This document shows positions 19,384-27,827 of a stretch of 44,571 nt of DNA, in pieces. Every line of letters begins with the position of its first letter. Position 1 is the stretch's first letter. Below the pieces are notes generated by a model. That model was not told the origin of the DNA, did not search any database, and was given only the letters and a program-made list of their open reading frames with translations. Made by a program: the position numbers and the translations under genes. The DNA is from a virus (lineage: Duplodnaviria > Caudoviricetes), in the IMG/VR virus record IMGVR_UViG_3300045410_000061, positions 1 through 44,571 of that record; one strand, written 5' to 3'.

Positions 19384-20594
19384 GTTGGCAACCGACATTA
19401 AATCAGCGGCAACGGTTGATCCGCTTTCGCAACGACAGCGGAGTCACGATTCCCGTGGATGGCGTCATGCGCCTCGGGCACAGCGAAGGCGTCGTTGGCG
19501 GCAGTCATAGCCTCGGCGGGAACGCCGATGGATTCGACAGCGGCTCTAATCCAGGCAATTTTCTACGACATCAGGCGGGCAATGGAATAAATGTCTTTCG
19601 CGCAATAACTGAAGGTGGAGGCGATCATATCTGGCGGGCGTGGCGGCCCAACGAATCGAGCGAGGCGTTTCAGGATCCGATGGCGCATTTTTTCAATTGC
19701 AGCGGCATGTCGGTAAAGAAAGACGAATATGGTTGGGGGTCGATGGACTTTCCATCGCAGGCGATCTATGACGGTGACCTCGGTGGAAGCGAAACGGCGA
19801 CGGCCAGTTGGGCCAGTTCGCCACCGACAAAATTTGCGTGGCGTCGGGAGCACGGGATAACCGCAACGTCATCGAATCCAGGCAATGACGATTATAGATT
19901 CTCACCAGGTCTTCGACTGGGATATGCGGGGCTGAAGGCCGGTTCGTTCAAGTTGCACGTCGGCTACGGCGATGCCTATACGATTTTGGACCACGATTAC
20001 AGCGGTCCCTACGACGTGTTTGGCGTAAGCGAAGTGAAGAATCCGAGCGGCAAGGTGGGGCAACGCTTGTGGGTTGTCCCTACGCTTCGGCGGCCTGGAA
20101 GTGGCTGTATGACGCAGTTCACGGGTTCTGGCGCCATCACCGACATCGTAGGTGGCATAATCCTTGGCCTTGGCGACCCGGATCACATTACTTACGGATG
20201 GGATCTGGCAACTGCGTCCAAGAAAATCATCGTTGGACAAGACGGCTGGTATCGCGTTTCGATCAATTGCTCTGTCGGCGTTGGGTACGCCGGCCCTGGC
20301 TACATCAGCGATACAGAGAGGATCAGCATTCGAGTATACGCAGTCGGTTCCGTGGCTGGCCTAGGACCGCACGCAAGATGCTCGTTCAATGTCTTTGATA
20401 TTGAGCCGGTGGATATTGGCTTAGACATTGTAGGTGGGGCAATACAAAAAAATCTGGCCGCCACATGGTGTCTGTGGCTGGAAAAAGACGAGGAAGTGCA
20501 GGTTGGAATGGACGGCAGTTACAATATTTCTCCGAGCAATATTTCGGCGGCAGTATCGTTGGGCCAACTCACCATCATGCGAGACGCATTTTGA
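19380..20594 (+). CDS. Putative receptor-binding / tail-tip protein
   Basis: Last tail gene, lower GC, C-terminal beta-sandwich-like 'DGWYRVSIN...WLEKDEEVQV'. Confidence 0.55.
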   Translation: MSWQPTLNQRQRLIRFRNDSGVTIPVDGVMRLGHSEGVVGGSHSLGGNADGFDSGSNPGNFLRHQAGNGINVFRAITEGGGDHIWRAWRPNESSEAFQDPMAHFFNCSGMSVKKDEYGWGSMDFPSQAIYDGDLGGSETATASWASSPPTKFAWRREHGITATSSNPGNDDYRFSPGLRLGYAGLKAGSFKLHVGYGDAYTILDHDYSGPYDVFGVSEVKNPSGKVGQRLWVVPTLRRPGSGCMTQFTGSGAITDIVGGIILGLGDPDHITYGWDLATASKKIIVGQDGWYRVSINCSVGVGYAGPGYISDTERISIRVYAVGSVAGLGPHARCSFNVFDIEPVDIGLDIVGGAIQKNLAATWCLWLEKDEEVQVGMDGSYNISPSNISAAVSLGQLTIMRDAF

Positions 20595-21625
20595 AGTGCT
20601 GCCTGCTAACGCCCAACCTGCAACTTGGAGGCGCGGAACTATGGTGTGCCTGGCTGACCCGACATTGCAAAGTCGATTGGCAAGGCATCTGTTGCATCAA
20701 CAACCGCGAACCGCATCCGCTGGTAATGCAGTCCGTTCGCGCTCCAGTTGTCCGCGGCGATATTGCCGCGGCGATATTGGCCAGCAAGTGCGACGTGGTC
20801 ATTGCCTGGGGCTGCGGCGAATCGCTTAGAATGATTGTCGCAGGGGCGAACGCCATCCAGGCGAGCCTAAAACGCAAGGTGGTATTTGTGTCGCACGGAT
20901 CAGTTCCGTGGGGCCAGCAACACGTCTCGCCGGTGCTGGAGACAGCCACGCATTTAGCCGCGGTGTCCCAGCCAGCAGCACGTATCTTTGGTGACCGGGA
21001 AGTGACGGTCATCCACAACGGTGTTTGCACCGAGCGATTGGCGCAGACTATCGACCGGGACACCTTGCGGGCGGAGTGGGGGCTGCATTCCAAGCATATT
21101 GTCTTAGGGTATGTCGGGCGGCTGAGTCCCGAGAAGAACCCCTTGGCGGCAGTCCATGCAGCACGCACGCTTGGTGGAAACTATCGTGCGGTACTGGTGG
21201 GAAACGTCTCCCCGCAATCCGGCCGGCGGTGGCAAGCCTTGCTGCCGCGAATCGGCGGCGACGCGGTTATCGTGCCGGCTCGTCGCGACGTCGGCAACGT
21301 GCTGCGGGCGATGGATTGTTTCGTGCTGGCCAGCCCAGCGGAAGGATTCTCCCTGGCCATCATCGAAGCTTGGCTCTGCGGTTGCCCCGTCGTCTGCACA
21401 CCCGTTGGCGCGATTCCCGAGCTACACGGGCTGTACGGTCAGATGGCGGTCACGGTGCCCGTAGGCGCAACGGGTGACGTGCTGGCGGGGGCGGTACGAC
21501 GTGCTGTGTCGGCGGAGAATCGAGAGACAGTTGAGCGGGCAAAGGCTGTGGCGCTCGCGGAGTTCACGGCGGAGAAAATGGGCGCGCGGTGGCGTGCGTG
21601 CTTGGAGCGGATCGCTCAATTTTGA
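20591..21625 (+). CDS. Glycosyltransferase, GT-B / family 4
   Basis: 'LGGAE', 'VIHNGV', 'VGRLSPEKN' and 'EGFSLAIIEAWLCGCPVV' motifs; TTGA overlap with the upstream gene. Confidence 0.9.
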   Translation: MKCCLLTPNLQLGGAELWCAWLTRHCKVDWQGICCINNREPHPLVMQSVRAPVVRGDIAAAILASKCDVVIAWGCGESLRMIVAGANAIQASLKRKVVFVSHGSVPWGQQHVSPVLETATHLAAVSQPAARIFGDREVTVIHNGVCTERLAQTIDRDTLRAEWGLHSKHIVLGYVGRLSPEKNPLAAVHAARTLGGNYRAVLVGNVSPQSGRRWQALLPRIGGDAVIVPARRDVGNVLRAMDCFVLASPAEGFSLAIIEAWLCGCPVVCTPVGAIPELHGLYGQMAVTVPVGATGDVLAGAVRRAVSAENRETVERAKAVALAEFTAEKMGARWRACLERIAQF

Positions 21626-21727
21626 CGCTGCTTGCTGGCGCACTTTGCACCAGCGAACCAAGTCCGACGAACGCAAGACAGCGGGCGACGAATGAGCGAC
21701 GTGTAGTAGCCATGCCGGAATCATACC

Positions 21728-22276
21728 ATGATAGTTTCCACCGTCCATCAATTCGTCCTACTCACCGCGCCGAAAACCGCATCGACCAGCTTTCACCGTT
21801 GGTTCACGTTACCGGGCTACCCAGCGTTCGATCCATTCCCCGACGACCAGCACCGCATGGAAGTGCTGCCAGAGCACGCCAATTACTTTCGCTGGACGGT
21901 TTGGCGCGAACCGCTGGACCGGGCCGTCTCGTTGTGGAGCCACCTCAACGGTGACCTGCGCCGCCACGGCTGGACCGAGATCGGCATTCATCCGTTTGCT
22001 TGGCTGCTGGCCGGCGGCGCACTCAAGCCGTTCTATCAGCGGACACAAGCGGATTGGCTCGGCGCAAACCGCATCGATTTGTTCGTGCGGTTCGATCAAC
22101 TGCCGGGCTCGCTGCTGGAGGTGCCGTTCGCGTTGCCGCCCGGTGCAATGCCGCAAGTCAACGCCACGCAACACCCGCCCTGGCAGGAGGTCTATGCCGA
22201 GCGTCCCGGCGTCCGCCGCGCCGTCGAGCACTGGGGCGAGCGGGACTACCGGCTGCTGGACGGCACGGTGAAATAG
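21728..22276 (+). CDS. Sulfotransferase family 2 protein
   Basis: PAPS-binding motifs 'PKTASTS' and 'REPLDRAVSLW'. Confidence 0.8.
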   Translation: MIVSTVHQFVLLTAPKTASTSFHRWFTLPGYPAFDPFPDDQHRMEVLPEHANYFRWTVWREPLDRAVSLWSHLNGDLRRHGWTEIGIHPFAWLLAGGALKPFYQRTQADWLGANRIDLFVRFDQLPGSLLEVPFALPPGAMPQVNATQHPPWQEVYAERPGVRRAVEHWGERDYRLLDGTVK

Positions 22277-22284
22277 CCTACAAT
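22257..22284 (+). promoter_or_regulatory. Putative promoter giving a leaderless csf1 transcript
   Basis: TGGACG-N16-TACAAT, 7 nt before the ATG at 22292, with no RBS. Confidence 0.45.
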
Positions 22285-22291
22285 CGCGGAC

Positions 22292-23077
22292 ATGACCGCT
22301 CCCGAGCTATTCGCCCTGGCGTCCGGCGTGCCGCTCAATTACGGCGAGCATCGCTGTTTTTACTGCGGCTGTCCAACGGACGAATCGTTCCCAGCCCGCC
22401 GTTACGTGGCCGACTCTTTCACCGAGAGGGACGCGGTAGCGTGCCCTGGCAGCAAGTACGTCTGTGGCGGCTGCGTCCAATGCCTGCGCAGCGACTTGGG
22501 CAGCGTGCCGTTGATCGATGGCGCCACGTACCGCAGCAAAGCGGACGGCAAGCGCAAGCCGCGTGAAGGCGCGGAAGGCGTGATCCAAATGCGGTGGTTC
22601 TCGTGGGTGCTGACCCGCGAGAAAGCGTTGGGAGCCACGCCGGCGCATCGCGAATTGCTCAATGGCATCTGCCTTGCGCCGCCCGAGCCGCCGTTCGCCA
22701 TCTGCATTGCTGACGGGAACAAGCACCAGTTGTTTCGCACGCCGGTCTGCCATTCGCTGGAACGGGTGTCGCTCAACTGCGAAGGGACGCGCGTCGAGTG
22801 CCATCCCGAAGATTTGCGGGACCGGCTGCAATTGGTCATGCGGCTAGTGGCTGTCGTCGGCAAAGGCGCGGACTCGCTCAAGCGACTGATGGATCCCATG
22901 AGCGAAATGAACGTGGTGTTGCAGTTGGCAAATCACTATGACGATGCGGGAGAGTTGTTCCAAGCGTGGCGCGCCGTGCGCTGCGAACCAACCACGAACC
23001 TTGCTATATGGCTTGCGCCAGGAAAGCAGGAAGCGAGTGAGTGTATTACAAGAACCGCCGCCGCTGGAGCGGTATAG
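22292..23077 (+). CDS. csf1: Type IV CRISPR-associated large subunit Csf1 (Cas8-like)
   Basis: 'CFYCG...SFTERDAVACPGSKYVCGGC' Zn motif and 'PPEPPFAICI...KHQLFRTPV', typical of Csf1. Confidence 0.85.
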   Translation: MTAPELFALASGVPLNYGEHRCFYCGCPTDESFPARRYVADSFTERDAVACPGSKYVCGGCVQCLRSDLGSVPLIDGATYRSKADGKRKPREGAEGVIQMRWFSWVLTREKALGATPAHRELLNGICLAPPEPPFAICIADGNKHQLFRTPVCHSLERVSLNCEGTRVECHPEDLRDRLQLVMRLVAVVGKGADSLKRLMDPMSEMNVVLQLANHYDDAGELFQAWRAVRCEPTTNLAIWLAPGKQEASECITRTAAAGAV

Positions 23078-23519
23078 CGCGGACAAGTTCCGTCTGTGGC
23101 TGGCGCACATGGTGAGTCAGGAATCGCCGCCGTTGCAATCGGACCGCGACGCCATGAAGGCGGCGCTGGTGGAGTTTCTTTCGGTGGTGCCGCTGGTGTA
23201 CGGATTGAAAGACAGGCTGACGCAGTGGGAGAAGATCGGCAACGCCGTAAAGGCGGCGCTAGAGACGTGCAACGGAAGCCTAGACGAGTGGGTGAACCAG
23301 GTCTTGGAAGGCATTCAAGCTGATGAGGGTCGAACAACGACCTGTGAGACCTACAGGGCTCAAGCCAGGCGGTTAGAATCACAAACCGATGCGTGGAAAT
23401 CCACGTGCCTGCAGGTTCTTAAATCTCTGTGGCGGTCACTTCCAGGTCAAGCGAGAGACATTTACAAGGCGACAATCGCACCAACTTGGAAGGAGCCCGA
23501 AGATGCTGGAGACGAGTGA
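23037..23519 (+). CDS. Type IV-B small subunit (Cas11-like, helical)
   Basis: About 160 aa, helical, overlaps both csf1 and csf2; this position is characteristic of type IV-B loci. Confidence 0.65.
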   Translation: MSVLQEPPPLERYSADKFRLWLAHMVSQESPPLQSDRDAMKAALVEFLSVVPLVYGLKDRLTQWEKIGNAVKAALETCNGSLDEWVNQVLEGIQADEGRTTTCETYRAQARRLESQTDAWKSTCLQVLKSLWRSLPGQARDIYKATIAPTWKEPEDAGDE

Positions 23520-24453
23520 TTATCGCCTCGTGCTGGTGCTTCGCGCCATCGACGGACTCAGGCAGATGAGCGGCCGATCCGGCAACGAGCTCATCATCAA
23601 CCGCGACCAGGTGCTGTACGATGGTGAAGCTGTGGGCGTGCCATCGGTGAGCGCCAACAGCATGCGGCACGCAGCGGTACGCGAACCGGGTGGGCTGTGG
23701 CTGATCGATGCCTATGAATTGGCAGGCACGCTCAAGAAAGAAATGCTGCGGCTGCTGACGAACGGCGGGAACAACGCCACGCTATCCGGCGGCGCGGAGT
23801 CTCTGTCTCGATTCGTGGCCATGCGCGAATCGCTGCCGCTGCTGGGCTTGATGGGCTGCGGGCTGCCTGACTCGCCGAAGCCTGGCGTGCTGAAATTCTC
23901 GGCGGCCACGCTGATCTGCCGAGAGACGCGTGAATACGTTGGCGTGATTGCGCCAGAGTTGGACTTGCCCGAGTGGTTGCGTCCGGCGCGGCTGTGCGTC
24001 GGCAAGTGGACTGAGTACAGGCACGACCCAACGCAGCAACGGCCGGACTTGCTGGCGGATCCCAATGAGGTGTCACGGCCCGCGAAAGACGGCAGCGACA
24101 AGAATTCGTCGATGCCTTACGGCGGTGAAGAGATCGTGCCCGGCTGTCTGCTGGTGAGCGAGATCCATCTTGAGTCGGCCACGCCGTTGGAGTTGGGCGC
24201 GCTGTTGTGGTCTCTACGTCTGTGGCAAGCGGCCGGCGGATTCGTGGGCGGCATGTCGGCCAAGGGCAACGGCCGTACCACAGCCATGCTGTGGAGCGAC
24301 TTGGACGATGGCGCATTGGCTGATGCAGCAGCGTCCTACGTGGCTTATGCTGTCGAGTCTCGCGATGCGGCTGTGGCTTGGCTACACGAGACGTACAGCA
24401 GCGAGCCGAAAGCCAAGGGCCGCGGCAAGAAGCAAAAGGAACTGATCGCGTGA
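23503..24453 (+). CDS. csf2: Type IV Cas7-family backbone protein Csf2
   Basis: AAGGAG RBS; 'VPSVSANSMRH..VREPG', 'LLTNGG', 'PLLGLMG' and RAMP G-loop 'VGGMSAKGNGR'. Confidence 0.88.
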   Translation: MLETSDYRLVLVLRAIDGLRQMSGRSGNELIINRDQVLYDGEAVGVPSVSANSMRHAAVREPGGLWLIDAYELAGTLKKEMLRLLTNGGNNATLSGGAESLSRFVAMRESLPLLGLMGCGLPDSPKPGVLKFSAATLICRETREYVGVIAPELDLPEWLRPARLCVGKWTEYRHDPTQQRPDLLADPNEVSRPAKDGSDKNSSMPYGGEEIVPGCLLVSEIHLESATPLELGALLWSLRLWQAAGGFVGGMSAKGNGRTTAMLWSDLDDGALADAAASYVAYAVESRDAAVAWLHETYSSEPKAKGRGKKQKELIA

Positions 24454-25130
24454 CGCCGGTACTCGTGACAGCCAGGCTGGCCGGCGAACTGGCCGGCGAG
24501 CCGCCGCAACTGGACGCCTTGCTGATCGCGGCCCGCTGCCGCTTTCATCCATCAGCCGGCGCACACGAGCGATACGATCCTGCGCCGCCGATGAATAAGC
24601 TGCCGCCGTGCGGGATCGAACGCGAATGGCTGGGCGATTGGCTGGTGCATCGCTGTTCGTCGCCCATCGTCGATGCGCCGCTGTCCGACCGGCACGAGCG
24701 GATCGGCCAGCACTTCCCGCGCGAACGCGCCACGCTGCTGGCGGCGTCGGAACAAGGCACGATTGCCACGACGAACGGCGCGCAGAAATCGATGTACCTT
24801 CCGGTCCGCAAGCGGCTGATAATGCGAGTGGCTTGGTTCGCGCTGGTGCATCACACCGCGGAGTTTCGCCGAGATCTGAAGCGGTCGGTCAAGCACCTCG
24901 GGCAAGACCGTTCGCGCGGCAACGGGCGTGTGGCGGAATGGACGGTGGAGATCGTGGAGGCCGACTACTCGTGGTTCGCGCCGCATCCGCAAGGGACTGT
25001 GCTGATGCGGCAACTGCCGGTTGGCGATTGGCTGCCGGCGGATCTGGTGGGTGCGTTCCAAGAGTACGATGCCTGCACGCCACCCTACTGGCATCCTTCT
25101 CGCAAGACATCGGTGATGCGCCCCGTGTAG
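24450..25130 (+). CDS. csf3: Type IV Cas5-family protein Csf3
   Basis: GTGA overlap; 'QLDALL', G-loop 'LGQDRSRGNGRVAEWTVE', 'LMRQLP' and C-terminal 'PPYWH'. Confidence 0.85.
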   Translation: MTPVLVTARLAGELAGEPPQLDALLIAARCRFHPSAGAHERYDPAPPMNKLPPCGIEREWLGDWLVHRCSSPIVDAPLSDRHERIGQHFPRERATLLAASEQGTIATTNGAQKSMYLPVRKRLIMRVAWFALVHHTAEFRRDLKRSVKHLGQDRSRGNGRVAEWTVEIVEADYSWFAPHPQGTVLMRQLPVGDWLPADLVGAFQEYDACTPPYWHPSRKTSVMRPV

Positions 25131-25139
25131 AATGGCGGC

Positions 25140-26486
25140 ATGCTGACGCTCGCACCACCCGAGAAGCCGCGCAACGTCACAGCGTTCCCGCCGCTTGAAC
25201 GACCGCCGCGGCAGAATATCCGCATCACGATTACCGAGCCCACCGAGCCGGAGAGCCGCAACAGCATGGGCTGCTGGTATGTCCAAGAGGCGGCGCGGTG
25301 GGCAGGGTTTCACGTCGAGTACGAGCCGTGGGACAACCGCACGCCGGCGGACGTGGAGTTGGTGAGCATCCACCATTGCACGGACTTTCCGCGGCTGCGG
25401 GACATGCCGCGCGTGGCGCCCATCAGGATCGTCGGCGGGCACGTGACGACGAACAATATTCGACCGGGCATCCCCTTCGGCGACGTGTTCTGCATCGGCG
25501 AAGGCGAGACGTGGATCCAACATGCGCTAACGATCCTCAACGTCGGCGGGACGGCGCGGGACTTGGCGCAGTTGCCGGGCACGTTGATGCCGCCGTTCGA
25601 CGGCGACATTCCCAAGGGCAACACCGAATCGGGCGTGCCGAAGCATCCGCCGTATCTCAATCGCGCAGGCGATGGACACGCCAAAGTCTGGTATCTCGAA
25701 ATGTCCCGCGGCTGTCCGTTTCATTGTCATTACTGCGAGCTGGGCTGGGCGTGGAAGTACCGGATGCAGGATACCGACTGGCTGCTTGAGCAAGTCGATT
25801 CCATCGACAGTACGCTGTCGCACAAGATCAGCTTATTCGCGCCGGACGAAGCGAGCCACCCAGGCTATGGCGACATTCTTGAGCGGATTCACAAGTGTAA
25901 GCTGGTGACCTCATTCGGTTCGATGCGTTTGGACGTGATTGTCAAGAAGCAACTGCCATTCAAGACGAACATGTTGATTCGCGTGGCGTTGGACGGCATC
26001 AGCGAAGCGACGCGCAAGCGAGTGGGCCGCAACATCAGCAACCAATCGGTCTACGATTACTTTCGATTCATGTCTGATCGCGGGCACTGCAATTTCAAGA
26101 TCTTCCAAATCTTCGGCTACCCGTGGGAGACGCTTGAAGATTGGGACGAATGGGAATGGCTGTGGAGCCGCATCGCCAGCATTCCGCGCAAGAAAAACGC
26201 GCATGTCCGCATCAAGTTCACGCCGCTGATCCCGCAGCCAAGTACGCCGTTGGGCGATTGCCAGCCAGTGTACGACGAGCGGCTGGTGGCACGCATCCAG
26301 CAATGGTTCGCGTCGGTGGGCCAGCCATTGCAGCGGCCTGGCTGGTGGGTCGAGTCGGACGGCATCATGTCCGCGCATTCGCACGCGCTGCAATGCCGGC
26401 TATCGACGGGCGACGAGACCACGCTGCTGGACGGCCAGGATTGGAGCGGCACGGAAACGCTCGTGGGGTATGACGTTTTCGCGTGA
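25140..26486 (+). CDS. Radical SAM enzyme with a B12-binding-like N-terminal domain
   Basis: CxxxCxxC motif 'SRGCPFHCHYC', 'IVGGH...DVFCIGEGE', 'IFGYPWET' and 'LIPQPSTP'; starts 9 nt after csf3. Confidence 0.9.
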   Translation: MLTLAPPEKPRNVTAFPPLERPPRQNIRITITEPTEPESRNSMGCWYVQEAARWAGFHVEYEPWDNRTPADVELVSIHHCTDFPRLRDMPRVAPIRIVGGHVTTNNIRPGIPFGDVFCIGEGETWIQHALTILNVGGTARDLAQLPGTLMPPFDGDIPKGNTESGVPKHPPYLNRAGDGHAKVWYLEMSRGCPFHCHYCELGWAWKYRMQDTDWLLEQVDSIDSTLSHKISLFAPDEASHPGYGDILERIHKCKLVTSFGSMRLDVIVKKQLPFKTNMLIRVALDGISEATRKRVGRNISNQSVYDYFRFMSDRGHCNFKIFQIFGYPWETLEDWDEWEWLWSRIASIPRKKNAHVRIKFTPLIPQPSTPLGDCQPVYDERLVARIQQWFASVGQPLQRPGWWVESDGIMSAHSHALQCRLSTGDETTLLDGQDWSGTETLVGYDVFA

Positions 26487-26491
26487 AGGCA

Positions 26492-26520
26492 TTGACGGCT
26501 GGGCGTCGATAGACTATCAT
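26492..26520 (+). promoter_or_regulatory. Sigma70-like promoter with an overlapping operator
   Basis: TTGACG-N17-TATCAT; imperfect palindrome TTGACG-GCTGGG-CGTCGA. Confidence 0.7.
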
Positions 26521-26552
26521 GGTGCGCGGGGCATCAACCCAGGAGACCAGCC

Positions 26553-26774
26553 ATGATCGCAACACGGATCCCAGACGGCACCTATTTTGTCCACGGCGAA
26601 TGCGATTGGGCCGCAGCCAGCTACCGCGGCGGCCAGCGGATTGACGCCGCGAACGAACTCCCGTCTGAATCTGACATCGACGTGGCGAACATGCACGTCG
26701 CGGACGCAGTCATTCGCGACGTGCTCGGCGAGGACACCGACTGCGACATGGCTGTCGTCACCCGCAGGGCATAG
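26553..26774 (+). CDS. Small acidic hypothetical protein
   Basis: AGGAG RBS; first gene after the promoter. Confidence 0.65.
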   Translation: MIATRIPDGTYFVHGECDWAAASYRGGQRIDAANELPSESDIDVANMHVADAVIRDVLGEDTDCDMAVVTRRA

Positions 26775-26775
26775 T

Positions 26776-27072
26776 ATGACCACTCTCTACGACACCGCCC
26801 AGGCCGCAGACGAGCTCGGCGTGTCCGTCCGCAGCGTCCAGCGAGCCAGCAAGCGCCACAAGATCGGCAAGCAGTTGGGCGTCGGCAAGCCGCGGGTATT
26901 CACCCAGGCCGACATCGATCGGCTGCGGCCGTTGATCCCCGGCAAGGCCGGCTGCCCGGACTTCACGACCGGCAACCAGTTCTGGCAGCAGCGGAAATCG
27001 CGGAATAATCCCAAGCCTAAAGCCACTAAGGACTTAGGACGCGGTAAGACGCGGAAACGTAAATCCGCCTAG
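26776..27072 (+). CDS. HTH DNA-binding protein (excisionase/MerR-like)
   Basis: 'YDTAQAADELGVSVRSVQR...RVFTQADIDRL'. Confidence 0.75.
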   Translation: MTTLYDTAQAADELGVSVRSVQRASKRHKIGKQLGVGKPRVFTQADIDRLRPLIPGKAGCPDFTTGNQFWQQRKSRNNPKPKATKDLGRGKTRKRKSA

Positions 27073-27184
27073 TGTCCGTGGCGTTTTTCTAGCCGCTGGG
27101 AAAATAAATCCGGAATCGCTAACCGCAACACTTATATGGACTTACGACGACAAATAGATTGTAGGGGACGGAATAACAGCCAAT

Positions 27185-27217
27185 CTATTGGACGCCGGGG
27201 CGTCAAATAGGTATAAT
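27185..27217 (+). promoter_or_regulatory. Sigma70-like promoter with a palindromic operator
   Basis: TGGACG-N17-TATAAT; CTATTGGACGCC-GG-GGCGTCAAATAG palindrome with one mismatch. Confidence 0.75.
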
Positions 27218-27260
27218 TAGGACATGCGAGGGGCAAACGAAACGCAAACCGGAGACGACC

Positions 27261-27452
27261 ATGAAACTTCGTGAAGCCATCGAGTTCGCCCGCCTCAACT
27301 GCTATTCCGTCGACGACGCGATCGCGTGCATTAGCGCGATGGAAGTCGACGACCTGCGGCGGGACAGCAACAGCATGCCGAAATGGCCGCTGGAGGTGCT
27401 CCGCGATGCCCTGCGGCAGCGCGGCATGCCGGAGCACGATTCGCCCGAGTAG
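27261..27452 (+). CDS. Small hypothetical protein
   Basis: GGAG RBS; first gene after the promoter. Confidence 0.65.
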   Translation: MKLREAIEFARLNCYSVDDAIACISAMEVDDLRRDSNSMPKWPLEVLRDALRQRGMPEHDSPE

Positions 27453-27505
27453 CCCCCTGACGAGGCCCCGGCGGGGGCCGAAACCGGCAACAGCCGGTCG
27501 GGGAC
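27449..27505 (+). ncRNA. Type I hammerhead ribozyme
   Basis: Stem I CCCC/GGGG, core CTGACGA (27457-63), stem II GGCCCC-GGCG-GGGGCC, GAAA (27480-83), stem III CCGGC-AACA-GCCGG, GTC cleavage triplet (cut after 27499). Confidence 0.9.
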
Positions 27506-27510
27506 GCACC

Positions 27511-27563
27511 AACCGCCGGCAAGCCGGCAACCGCCGGCGAAGCCGGCAGAGGAAAGAACGATG
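27511..27563 (+). repeat. Hairpin+RBS cassette copy 1 (hairpin tandemly duplicated)
   Basis: AACCGCCGGCAAGCCGGC-AACCGCCGGCGAAGCCGGCAGAGGAAAGAACGATG. Confidence 0.9.
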
Positions 27564-27746
27564 GCGACCTACGAACTTGGCGGCCTCGTCAACGGTTCGC
27601 GAGCCCTTATCCGCGACGATGGCAAGACCGTGGCGCGAGTGGACAGCGACGAGGGGCCAGCTCTGGTGGGCGAGCTGACCCGCGAAGAGGCAATCGAACG
27701 CTTTGGTCTCGACGACGATTTCGACGACGCCGACGACGATGATTGA
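27561..27746 (+). CDS. Small very acidic protein
   Basis: Starts at the cassette ATG and ends DDDFDDADDDD. Confidence 0.75.
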   Translation: MATYELGGLVNGSRALIRDDGKTVARVDSDEGPALVGELTREEAIERFGLDDDFDDADDDD

Positions 27747-27793
27747 TCCGGGCACGACGGCCGAACCCCTTGCTGCTTGAGTTTCGACCCCCC

Positions 27794-27827
27794 AACCGCC
27801 GGCAAGCCGGCAGAGGAAAGAACGATG
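27794..27827 (+). repeat. Hairpin+RBS cassette copy 2
   Basis: AACCGCCGGCAAGCCGGCAGAGGAAAGAACGATG. Confidence 0.9.

Noticed and set aside
21626-21727. Possible mini-array upstream of the csf module (CGACGAA twice)
   Set aside because: Only a 7-nt match with no repeat-spacer structure.
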